From the NCBI GenBank assembly GCA_012862495.1, contig BLSG01000104.1:1-51046 (forward strand): a stretch of DNA of 51,046 bases, read 5' to 3'. The stretch is from Thraustochytrium aureum. Lineage: Eukaryota. Made by a program: the position numbers and the translations under genes. The first letter of the stretch is position 1. Each line of letters starts with the position of its first letter. Shown piece after piece: positions 11,390-21,550 of the stretch. The notes below the pieces were generated by a model, which saw only the letters and a program-made list of their open reading frames with translations, ran no database searches and had not been told where the DNA came from.

Positions 11390-12084
11390 TGCTTGCTCCA
11401 CGAAACAGCAGCGACCGACTCGACCAACCAAGCGCGCCACCGGCCGTCCCCTGCTCTGCCCCGCGCCAGCCGTCCGCACTCGAGTCTGCGCGCCCGAGTT
11501 GGCGCTTGGCCAACATCGTGCACTTGGCAACAGTCCTCCCTCCGCCGCTCCTATCTCCACCCGCTTCACTAATAATATAACCAACAACCCGGCGCGGCGA
11601 AAGCCGAAAGGGGCCCGATACTTCCTAGGTGCCCCCAAAGGGTAAAAACCAACCAAAGTGGCCGGCACCCTCCCGGCGCTCACGGCACCCTCCCGGAGGA
11701 ACGCTGGGAGCCGTTGAGAGCGGACAGATCGTGCTCGCGAGTGTGGTGGTTTTCGAGGTGCTCGTGGACGCAGAGCAGACCTGCATCGATCGCTCGAGCG
11801 CGCGGCTGCGGCGCGGCGGGGCGGCGGGGCGGCGGGGCGGACTTTGGTGGATCGGCGCAGCGGCCGTGTATCCCCGCGATCTCGCTTCTTGGTCTACGGC
11901 CCTACCCGAGCAAGGCGCACGAGCGCCACCAACTCCGAGCGCGACAACGTGGACCGACGATAGCTCTGCTGGTCGCAGCGTTGGTGCGTGCGCTCGCCAC
12001 TGACGTCGGCGGCGGGATTGGCAAGGGAAGGCGCTCGAGTCGAAGCCTAGGGTTGGCAAGCAAAGGCGCGCAAGCGTTTCGGAA

Positions 12085-15000
12085 ATGGCGAGCGAAGCGT
12101 GGAAAAAACAGGCGGATGGGGAAGGCAACATCTATTTCTTCAACGTGCTGACAGAGGAGAGCAGCTGGACGCCGCCCGAAGGCTATGTCGACACACTTGG
12201 CCCCGGCTGGGTTCAGGTCATGTCATCCGACGGCCAGTGGTACTTTTTCAACATGACGTCTGGAGAATCGTCGTGGGTCCACCCTGGCAATGCCGCTGAT
12301 GCGCAAGACGAGGACGAGGACGACGACGAGGACGACGATGGCGATGAGGACGGAGACGGAGATGAAGATGAAGATGAGACAGAAGAGGGGGCAGCGGCCG
12401 TCAGTCCTTCAGAGGCCACGACTGCCCAACCGCTGGCGCGTCCAGAAGAAGGCGATGAAACTCTCCCAGAATGGGTGCAGGTCTTTGACCCCGCAACGAA
12501 GACGTACTACTTCTTCAACAACTTTACCTTCGCGAGCCAATGGGACGAGCCAGAAGGATACAAAAAGCCGGACTACACCAAGGCAAAGCTGCTCATGGCG
12601 CCCGAGCTGCGAGCTGCACTCCTGTTGCAGACTGCGTTTCGAGCCCGCAAGGCCCGAGACGACGTTCGTCGGCAGCGTGGCATGCTGCAGTCGGCGGGAA
12701 GCAGCTCGAGCGAAAGCAGTGCTGGCATGGTTTGGTCAGAAGTCATGGACCCAAACTCGGGCTTGCCATACTTTTACAACAGTCTCACAGGCGAGTGCCA
12801 GTGGGAGCGACCTCACGAGCTGGGCCCAGCACCAGTAGCTGAGACGCAAGTCCTTGCTGGCGAGGTTCAGCGCGGGGAAACGACAGCGGAGGCCGTCGCT
12901 GAGAGTGGAGAAGACGGCGTGACAGTCTCTCCGCAGAGCGAAGCCGTTCAGCCTGCTGGTCCCGGGGAGGCGTCCTCAGGCCTATCCAATGACCTTTCAT
13001 TTGAGACAGCCGAGCCTTCGAAAGATCTTGCCGTCGAACCGACCAAACCTATAGAGGAAGAGTCGCCCACTGACGCGAACACGCCCGCAGGCGTGAACGC
13101 GCAAACAGACGCCGGCGCGCCCACAGACGCAAGCACTCCAACAGGCGCAGACACGCCTACAGGCGCAGACTCGCTCTCAGGCGTAAATGCTCCGACAGGC
13201 GGAGACTCGCTCTCAGACGTAAATGCTCTGACAGCCGCAGACACGCCCACAGACGCGGACACGCCCACAGGCGCAGACACGCCCACAGACGCAGACGCGC
13301 CCACAGACGCAGACACACAAGGGATTGCCTCGGCACCCTCTGCCCCTACCATCCAAGTTGAGGATCGTGGGATAGCGCTGGCTGAAACAGAGCGCGACAT
13401 GACCAACGATAGTCGCGCAAGTGACACTGACAAGCAGCGCGATGNNNNNNNNNNNNNNNNNNNNNNNNNNNNNNNNNNNNNNNNNNNNNNNNNNNNNNNN
13501 NNNNNNNNNNNNNNNNNNNNNNNNNNNNNNNNNNNNNNNNNNNNNNNNNNNNNNNNNNNNNNNNNNNNNNNNNNNNNNNNNNNNNNNNNNNNNNNNNNNN
13601 NNNNNNNNNNNNNNNNNNNNNNNNNNNNNNNNNNNNNNNNGCTGGCCAGCTCCACCTCAATTGGCGCATTGCCGAGTGGGCGAGCGCAAAACGATCTACA
13701 AACTTCGAAGGGCGAGCCAGAGGGCTCGCTGGATTCAACCGCTAAGCTGCAGCCGACAGAAAGCGCCAACGAGCCTCCTACAGAGCAATCCAACAATGAA
13801 GCGAGCAATAGCTCGGGCGGAACGAAAGAGATCGCCGAGAATGTCACCGAGGAAACCGAGGGTGCCTTTGACACTCCAAAAGAAATCGTCGAGGACGTCG
13901 CGGAGGACTTGGACGAGCTCGTCCATCACAAGATCACGCCCGCCGAGTGGGTACAAGTGTTTGACCCGAGCACAAAAACATACTACTACTTCAACCAGCG
14001 CACTTTCGAGTCAAAGTCGGAGGAGCCCGAGGGCTTTGAAAAGGTAGACCTGGCTCTCCTGCATGGACTCGTTGGCCCAGAGCTGAAGGCCGTTATGATG
14101 ATGCAAAAGGCGTTTCGGAGCAAGGTCGCCCGCAATATCGTCCGACGACAGCGCGGGGTTGTCATGGTGGCAAATATGGCCGAGCTGGACGACCCGGCTG
14201 CTGCCTCAACATGGCAAGAGATCATGGATCCCAGCAGCGGCGTTCCCTACTATTTCAACGCCGACACGGAGGAGGTGACCTGGGACAGGCCCGAAGCGCT
14301 GATGAGCGCAGAAGAAAAGCTTGGCGTGCGAGACTCGGTTGCCGAGCCGGAAGCGTCGCCCCCTGGGACTGCTGCGAGCACCGGATCCATGGCAGAGTGG
14401 ATCCGCGTGTTTGACCCGGCATCAAAGTCGTACTATTTTTTCAATCAGGTCACCATGGCGTCCTCGTGGGACGAGCCCGAGGGGTATCAAGCGCCCGACC
14501 TAAGTAAGCTCAAGGCGCTCATGGGCCCCGAGCTGCGCGCCACGCTGCTCTTGCAAAAGGCCTACCGCGCGCGCAAGGCACGAGATGACGTGCGCAAGCA
14601 GCGCGGCGCAAACGCTGCCAAGGAGGCTGGCACGCTCTGGCAAGAGGTCATGGACCCCGGCACCCAACTTCCATACTTTTACAACAGCGAGACCGGCGAG
14701 GTGACGTGGAGCAAGCCCATCGAGCTCATGTCTGAGGAAGAGCGCGAAGCAAAGGCGCTCGCCGACGCCCAGCCCGTCTGGTGCGCCGCTCTGGACGAGA
14801 CCTCAGGCCTGACGTACTATTTCAACACGCGTACTGGCGCGGCGACCTGGGAGCGGCCAGCCGACTATGACGGGGCGGAAGACGGCGTCCTCGACCCTCG
14901 CGCGGAGGAGCTCAAGGAAAAGATGAAGGCAGCCCTGGAAGGCAGGCTGCGCAAGATTGACCCCGAGTTGCGCGCACGCATCTCGCGATCGCGAGAGGAG

Positions 15001-17313
15001 CAGCGCAAGCGACGGGAGTCTGCCAAGTCTCGCTGGTGCGAGGCCTTCGACGTGGCCTCGGGCAACTTTTACTACTTCAACGTCGAGACGTTCGAGACGG
15101 TTTGGGAAAAACCGGCCGACTTCGTCATGGAAGCCAGTGACGAGCTCTTGGGGGCGGCGCTCAAGCTCCAATCCGCGTTCCGCTGCCGCCTCGCGCGGAA
15201 GAAGGTTGACGAGTTGCGGCGACTCCAGGCGACATTAGTGAGCGCAGGGCCCGCGCAACAACCACCTCTTCCTGCATCGGGCAGCCTTGACGCGGAACCA
15301 GGAGCGAGCCAGCCGACCGCTGAGCCAGGTCAAGCGGAGGGCTCTGTGGAGCCGGAGCTGGGACGCGCAGTTGAGCCGGCAGAACCCGGCAATGCTGAAG
15401 AAGACAAAGCTGCGCTCGGCGAAGCGGTAGCAGAGCAGCCTGATTCTGCGGGGGCTGAAGTAGCGCCAGAAGTGCGCGTGTTCAACCGGTCCGCTCGAGT
15501 GGGCACGCCGGTTCAGGCAACGCGACCCAGCACGGCGGAAGTCACAGCTAGCGACACAACCCCAGACGCATCACTTGCCGCAGCTGCGGTTGAGGAGCCC
15601 GCCAGCCCCTCGCAGGCCCTGGCCGCCGAAGCGCCCTCGCACGAAAGTGAAAAGCAGGCAGAGCTCGAGGAAGAGAGCGAGGATGAAGACGTCGAGCGCC
15701 GCGAAGAAAAGCTGCGAGCGAAAGAAGAAGCGCGCAAGCGCAACTTGCGCACGCAAGAACGCGAGCGCCGCCGAAGGGCCGGCGAGCTGGAGGCCGCGCA
15801 GAATGCCAAGCGCCTTGAGGACGCTCGTCAGAAGCGGCAGCAGCACCTGGAGCAGCTCCGCCAAACAAAGGCTGTCGAGAAGGCAAAACAACGCGAGCTG
15901 CGCCTGGCATCAAAGGCCGACATGATGAAGCAGGCTGCAGCCCGAGCCAAATCGAACGCCGAGCAGCGAAAGCGCGACCTCGAAGACCGATGCAAGGCCT
16001 CGGAAAGTCAGCGACTTGAACAACGCGCCCAGCGCAAGCGGGCGCGCGAGGAGCGCGAGCGCGCCGAGCTAGCCCAACGCCTTGTGTGGCTGGCAATGTT
16101 TAAGGAGCACGTCGCGCACGCAGCAGATCGCGAAGCCGCTGAGGCGGCCGAGATGCGGGCCCTCGCGCAGCGCGCTGCAGAGGCCAACATAGCATCGTCC
16201 TCCTTGCAGTGGGCTGCTCGGCGACGAGATTATGGGTCGCTCTGGGACGCTGTTCTGGCTGGCGAAAGCGAAAAGGCGGTCATCCAGAGCCTCCTCCCAA
16301 GCGGCGCCAGTATCGCCGAGATGCGCAACGAGTTCGGCCGCACGGCGCTCCACGAGGCGTGCTGGGCAGGCAACATCGAGCAGGCCAAAACGATCCTCGA
16401 GCTCGCCTCCGAGTCTTCGCCCACGGCGGCTACCGAACTTGCGCAGGCTGTGGACTCGTGCTGCGGGCTCACGACGCCGTTGCACGAAGTAGCTCGAGCT
16501 GGCTGGGGCGGAAATCTTGTCGACCTTCTGGTCGGCGCTGGCGCCTTATTGGACGCGCGCGACCACCACGGCGATACGCCGCTCCACTGCGCAGCGCGCC
16601 ACGGCCACGTCCGAACAACAATGGCCCTGATTCGCGCCGACGGCTCGCTCGAGTCTCTCATTACCCGCAACTACAAGAAGCGCACGCCCTTAGACTTGGG
16701 CGGAGCGCGCGCGGGCCGAGGGACGGAGGCAGGCGAGTGCTTTTCGTTTTCCCACTCGCACGGCGAGACGCGCCACCTCCTGGACAGCTACGACGGTGCG
16801 ATCAAAGACCGCTTCGGGGTCAACTATCTTGACTTTCACAACTCGATGGAAAAGAATCGATTGAGCAAGCGCCGCGGACGCAAAAAGCCGGCACGAACCC
16901 CCGATAACACGTCCAAATCGCAGCGCCGTGAAATCGAGGAGCAAGATCGCGCCGCGGCGGATGTAGCGCCGCTTCCAGCCGCTGTATTCGACCTCTTCGA
17001 CCACATCCTGCCAGTTCCGGTGCGTGTTGACTACCCTGTGACAAAGCCGCTTCGCGCAGAGTCGACTTCGTCAAGGCCCGCAAAGGACCCTGTGGAGATG
17101 GCGACTGGCTCGGAGCCGGCCAAGGGCACAGGGTCCGCTGCTCGCGGTCTCGCGAGCTCGGTGGCGCCGGCCGATCTTGGCAAGCAAGGGCCTCGGCGCG
17201 GGCTTGGCAAGAAGGCCAAGTCGACGCTCGGGCACAGCCAGCGCGCATTGGCTGCCCCTGGTCGCGCGCAGACGTTGTGGGACGTCAACGAGAACGACGG
17301 CAATGGAAAATAA
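12085..17313 (+). CDS. Multi-WW / IQ-motif / coiled-coil / ankyrin-repeat scaffold protein (~1740 aa, spans a gap)
   Basis: Ten W..YY/FFN..T..W..P WW motifs (one degenerate), four IQ-like motifs (e.g. LLLQTAFRARKAR), ankyrin motifs GRTALHEAC, TPLHEVA, GDTPLHCAA. Confidence 0.9.
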   Translation: MASEAWKKQADGEGNIYFFNVLTEESSWTPPEGYVDTLGPGWVQVMSSDGQWYFFNMTSGESSWVHPGNAADAQDEDEDDDEDDDGDEDGDGDEDEDETEEGAAAVSPSEATTAQPLARPEEGDETLPEWVQVFDPATKTYYFFNNFTFASQWDEPEGYKKPDYTKAKLLMAPELRAALLLQTAFRARKARDDVRRQRGMLQSAGSSSSESSAGMVWSEVMDPNSGLPYFYNSLTGECQWERPHELGPAPVAETQVLAGEVQRGETTAEAVAESGEDGVTVSPQSEAVQPAGPGEASSGLSNDLSFETAEPSKDLAVEPTKPIEEESPTDANTPAGVNAQTDAGAPTDASTPTGADTPTGADSLSGVNAPTGGDSLSDVNALTAADTPTDADTPTGADTPTDADAPTDADTQGIASAPSAPTIQVEDRGIALAETERDMTNDSRASDTDKQRDXXXXXXXXXXXXXXXXXXXXXXXXXXXXXXXXXXXXXXXXXXXXXXXXXXXXXXXXXXXXXXXXXXLASSTSIGALPSGRAQNDLQTSKGEPEGSLDSTAKLQPTESANEPPTEQSNNEASNSSGGTKEIAENVTEETEGAFDTPKEIVEDVAEDLDELVHHKITPAEWVQVFDPSTKTYYYFNQRTFESKSEEPEGFEKVDLALLHGLVGPELKAVMMMQKAFRSKVARNIVRRQRGVVMVANMAELDDPAAASTWQEIMDPSSGVPYYFNADTEEVTWDRPEALMSAEEKLGVRDSVAEPEASPPGTAASTGSMAEWIRVFDPASKSYYFFNQVTMASSWDEPEGYQAPDLSKLKALMGPELRATLLLQKAYRARKARDDVRKQRGANAAKEAGTLWQEVMDPGTQLPYFYNSETGEVTWSKPIELMSEEEREAKALADAQPVWCAALDETSGLTYYFNTRTGAATWERPADYDGAEDGVLDPRAEELKEKMKAALEGRLRKIDPELRARISRSREEQRKRRESAKSRWCEAFDVASGNFYYFNVETFETVWEKPADFVMEASDELLGAALKLQSAFRCRLARKKVDELRRLQATLVSAGPAQQPPLPASGSLDAEPGASQPTAEPGQAEGSVEPELGRAVEPAEPGNAEEDKAALGEAVAEQPDSAGAEVAPEVRVFNRSARVGTPVQATRPSTAEVTASDTTPDASLAAAAVEEPASPSQALAAEAPSHESEKQAELEEESEDEDVERREEKLRAKEEARKRNLRTQERERRRRAGELEAAQNAKRLEDARQKRQQHLEQLRQTKAVEKAKQRELRLASKADMMKQAAARAKSNAEQRKRDLEDRCKASESQRLEQRAQRKRAREERERAELAQRLVWLAMFKEHVAHAADREAAEAAEMRALAQRAAEANIASSSLQWAARRRDYGSLWDAVLAGESEKAVIQSLLPSGASIAEMRNEFGRTALHEACWAGNIEQAKTILELASESSPTAATELAQAVDSCCGLTTPLHEVARAGWGGNLVDLLVGAGALLDARDHHGDTPLHCAARHGHVRTTMALIRADGSLESLITRNYKKRTPLDLGGARAGRGTEAGECFSFSHSHGETRHLLDSYDGAIKDRFGVNYLDFHNSMEKNRLSKRRGRKKPARTPDNTSKSQRREIEEQDRAAADVAPLPAAVFDLFDHILPVPVRVDYPVTKPLRAESTSSRPAKDPVEMATGSEPAKGTGSAARGLASSVAPADLGKQGPRRGLGKKAKSTLGHSQRALAAPGRAQTLWDVNENDGNGK
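13066..13317 (+). repeat. Degenerate coding 18-bp repeat (PTDADT-like)
   Basis: CCCACAGACGCAGACACG-like units, read directly. Confidence 0.85.
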
Positions 17314-17333
17314 ATAAATCATGTAATTCCTCC

Positions 17334-18501
17334 CTACCAAGACCACTCGTGAGGGCAAAATTTCGCCACGAGACGCCGGGACCGCGAGAGGTCCTGCTCA
17401 GCTGTGGTACAAGAGTCGCGTGGCGCGGCCGCCATCGCCTTGATTTGCTCCGTGAGCTTGGCAAAAACGCCGATCCAGCGCAACGCAACAGCATCTGCCG
17501 GCAAAAGGAAAGCGTTGTACACGCCGGCGGACAGCAGTGGGTACAGGCCACGAAAGCGGACCATCTTAAACGCAACATCGGGAAGCAAGCACGTGTTGGC
17601 CTCCATCGCGCGAAACAGGTACTCGTCGTCGCTCCACGTTGGCTGCAGCTCGTCCAGGCCGCGAGGGTTTACAGCAGCAGCGCCGCCCTCGGGGTCTGCA
17701 AACGCCAGCTCGGCGCGCCTCGCTTCAGAGCCAGCATGCGCCACCGCAGACGGCGACGACGAAGACGACATGTCAGCTGCAGCGCCTGCCGCCCACGACT
17801 GCGACTGGTGGGCGGAGGCGGGGAGCTTGCTCCGCCAGGGCCTCCCACTGCCAGAGGTGCTGCAGGGCCCCAAGGTGGCTCACGAGCGCCAAAAACTGCA
17901 CCCAGTCCGGGTGGCCCTGGGCGTCGGCCAGCTTCATCGCCGAGATAGCGTGCGGAAGGTCGCCAGCCAGGTCCAGGGCGTCGTTGACAGAGAGGACCTT
18001 GCGCACCCGCATGCGCAGCTCGCCCGCCATGGCCAGGGCAAAGGAAAGCGAGGCAAGCGTCTCGGCGTCAATCTCCTGCACGCCTCCGAGCGGGCAGTAC
18101 ATGGGGACGACGCGAAACATCTCGTCGCCGTGGTACAACATCTTGAACTGCCCGACACCTTCGCGCACCCTAAAGCCAGCCTTCTCGTACAGCGCAACGA
18201 GCTTGCCGAACCTGGCCATGTCCTCCTCCGCTTCCAGCGCCACGCTCGTGCACCCTTGCACGCCCCCGAAGAACTTCTTACAGTGGTCCAGCAGCACCAG
18301 CCCTGTCCCCTGGCCGCGAAACCTGGCCTGCAGCGACACCGCCTTAATAAACGCCTCCTTCTCCGCGGCGCCGCCCCATTCCGCCAGCAGCTTCCCCACA
18401 GACCCTCGTCTCCCCTCAACAAACACGAGCCACTTCAACTCCCTGGCGTCCTCGTGCAGCTCCACGCGCAGCCCGGCGGCGGCGGCGGCGGCGGCCTCCA
18501 T
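17334..18501 (-). CDS. GNAT acetyltransferase fused to a degenerate myo-inositol oxygenase (MIOX)-like domain; frameshift near 17800-17870
   Basis: GNAT motif A RFRGQGTG and LVALYEKAGF; MIOX-like blocks LSVNDALDL, GHPDWVQFLALVSHLG, GLDELQPTWSDDEYL, LPDVAFKMVRFRGLYP, LVAKFCPHEWSW; joins ORFs 17773..18534 and 17334..17873. Confidence 0.75.
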
Positions 18502-19497
18502 GAGCGCGCGCGGCACCAAAAACCACCGCCCCAAAAAGCAGCCTCGCGCCGCTGCAGCGACAGGGACGCCGCAGGCAGCAGCGCCCCGGCCGCACGCACC
18601 AAACCAAACGAACGCAACAAAAAGCGAAACGCGCGCACGCCTGCGCGCACCGCAGCACTCGGCCTCTGCGCCGCGCCCTCCTCCTCCTGCTGCTCCTGCT
18701 GCTCCTCAACGCCAGCCAGCCGTGCTCGGCCGCCCTCGAAGTACCCTCAGGGCGAGCCGGCAGAGCCGACGAACAAGGAACGCTCGTCGAGGAATTCGTT
18801 CGTTGTTCGAGGGTGTGCAGCAGAGCAGCAGAACAGCAGAACAGCAGAACAGCAGCAGGAGGCGGAGGATGAGGATGGGCGCTCGGCCCTCGGGAGCAGA
18901 ACAGCTCCGTGGCGGCAAGCGGAGCACCCTGACTGACTTGCCTGCTGGCTGAATCATCAAAAGCAGCCGAGTGCAGGACTGCCAGGCGGCTGACGCGGGC
19001 CCGTGACCGCCGCGCACGAGACGCATTGTGGGCACAGAAAAGAGAGGGTGATAGAGCCGTTAGATCCGGCGAGGCGTCTCGATTGGAGCGCGATGGAGGA
19101 GGGTCTCGAGGGAAGCGGATTGTTTCTGGGCGCTGATTCGGTCCGCTTTGGACTGCAGTGCAGAGTGAGGCGACCTGCAGTACTTGCAGCAGCGGCGAAG
19201 GAACCGTCGTGCCTTCATGACCAAGGCCGAGGAATCGCTCGCTTCGAAGCACAATGGAGCGCCGCCCTCTCTCAAGATAGGCTGAAACAAGGCGTTGCAG
19301 AGCTTCGGAGTTCAAAGCGCTTCCTCGCCCGAGCTTCTCAGCTGAGTCATCAGGGCTCCGGAAGGTGAATTCGCGCAACGGACTTTGCTGGGCACCAGAA
19401 AAGAGCAGTATATGCGCAGGCAGGCAGCGCAGACCACAGACCCAGAAGGTCGCCCCGGGCGGCCGAGCACAAGCAGCGACGGCCGAGACAACGCACA

Positions 19498-21122
19498 ATG
19501 GCGCTGGGTGCTCCTAGGAGAAGCGCGCAGATTGCTTTGGTGGCCTATGTCTGGCTTGCGCTAGCAGCGCCGACATGCGCGACGCTGGCAGTGGTCCGGG
19601 GCGACCAGGTGCTCGAAAGCGGAAACACAATCCCCCTCTACAGCTTTTGGGGCCAGCAATCCGGCACTGTAGAGAGACGCCTGGCGCTGTGGACCGCAGC
19701 GAGGCGTGCGGCGTACTGCGTCGAGGTCGACCGTTTCATGGACGAGCCTAGTCTGCTGCCACAAATCCAAGAAAGCCCGATCGCAGCCGAGCTCAAGGGC
19801 TCCCTCGTACTTATGACGTCGTGGGGCCATATCTGCGACAACGCCCCGATATCGCTTGAAATTGCTGCGCTCTTCCCCTGCCTCCTTCTCGACATCGACA
19901 TTCTCCAGGTCGACGAAAACAACGCATACTTCGGTTTTTGGGCACATAGCCATGACGGCACGCGGTTTCAGGCCTACTACGCGAGATACCCGGAGATGCG
20001 CCCATGTCTCCAAGCTCAAACCATCAGAACCCCCAGCGTGAGCAGAATCGAGGAAGCGCTCCTCAAAGCCAACTCGACGCAGCCAGTACTAGGCACTCTG
20101 AGGCTCGAGCCGAATCCGTTTCGAGAGATGTTTCTCATCGTTCCTCTGCGTGTCTTGTTTCAGGGCGTGTTTGGTGTGGCGTTTCTGGCGGTCGCCGGGC
20201 TTGCGATCGCGTTTTACAGGATCAAGCTCAGGCGGCAGAGGAAAAGCCGCTTCCCGTGGCCACACAAGGTTGTCCTCATGGTGAACAGTGTTTCGATGTC
20301 CCTCGTTGCGATCGTGCTTTTCTTGGACGGCAACATGTTTGTCGCACTTTACCACGATGGGATACGCAACGCGCACAGGACGCTATTCTTCGGAACCTCG
20401 ACCGGACTGCAGGTAATTCTTGCTTCGCAATGGTCTCAGCTCGTTCGACAGTCGAAGCGCGGCACATTGATGGCGCACGTCGCGGGCGCCAAGCCTCCGC
20501 GGCCTGCCCCTTTTGCAAGACTTGGCTTCCTTCTCCTCTTCTCCGATCTGTTCATCATCCTGTTCCAATCTTTCCTTCTTGGCGGCACCGACACATTTGC
20601 GATTGCCTCTGTCGTGCTTGCTCTGATCCAGATCGCGGTGATAATCTATCTGCTTCAGAGTACGGCTGGAGTCCTGCGGCTACTCGCGACCTCCGCGATC
20701 GGCGTCGAGGCCCCGGCACGGCACCCTATGGAGCACATCGTGGCCGCCCAACAGACTCTCCTGCGGCGGCTTGCGCGTTGGACCCGCATCTCTGCATTCA
20801 GTGCAATGACTCTGTTCTGGCGTTTGTCCTTGCCGCGCTTGGCGTCGCGAGCAGGTCGCCGGAAGGGTATGTGGTCGTCACCTTTTCCATACATCTCGGC
20901 AAGCTTCTCAACGGGCTTGCTCAGGTTTACTTTTGCCAACCTCCGCCTGACCATAGCGCATCCAAGAGCGCGATGATGTCGAAGGCGCCTTCTGGGCGCG
21001 CGCAGGCCTCGCCTGCGAACTTGATGCGGGCAAGGTCGACTGCGGCTAGCGCAGCACGGACGACCTTCATGAGCACGACTGAGGCCTCCCCAGGGACTCC
21101 AAATGGAAAGCAAGGGAGCTAG
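19498..21122 (+). CDS. Orphan 7TM (GPCR-like) protein with signal peptide and ~200-aa ectodomain; frameshift near 20813
   Basis: Signal peptide; five hydrophobic helices in ORF 19498..20976; TM6-7 continue in frame 20004..21122 (VLAFVLAALG...YVVVTFSIHLGKLLNGLAQVYFC). Confidence 0.72.
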
Positions 21123-21550
21123 CCGCTAGCTAGCCAGCCGTCTTTTCGTTGCCGCAGCAGCCGGCAATAACAGGCTCGGACTGACTCATGCTTCGATGGT
21201 GAGAGCGGGTCGAGCTTCCATGTTGTTTGTCCATGATCTTCGCGGAAGGCACCAAGAGGTTCGTTCCATCGCCCCCCACTGCGGCCACAGCCGATCGCGG
21301 AGCACCGACATGGAAGGTGAAGCTGAATCCCGCACAATCCGAGCGCAACGCTGATGCACGGCAAACATTCGCGAAACGTCCAATTTTGCAACGACAGCGC
21401 AGAGGGTTGCAACGCCAACCGTCGAGCCGGCGTCGATCTGTACCGAGACAACACGCAGACTGCACCAGGGAGTGCCCTAATTTATTTGCCGAGCAGCCTC
21501 CTCGCAGAGGCGCCCAGTTCCCGCAAAGCAAGCGTTGATGAAACCAAAGA

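Noticed and set aside
17404..18952. Long plus-strand ORFs (510 and 437 aa), and similar ones at 5805-7481, 27455-28735 and 48252-49760
   Set aside because: They are antisense shadows of real genes in GC-rich DNA and carry no motifs.
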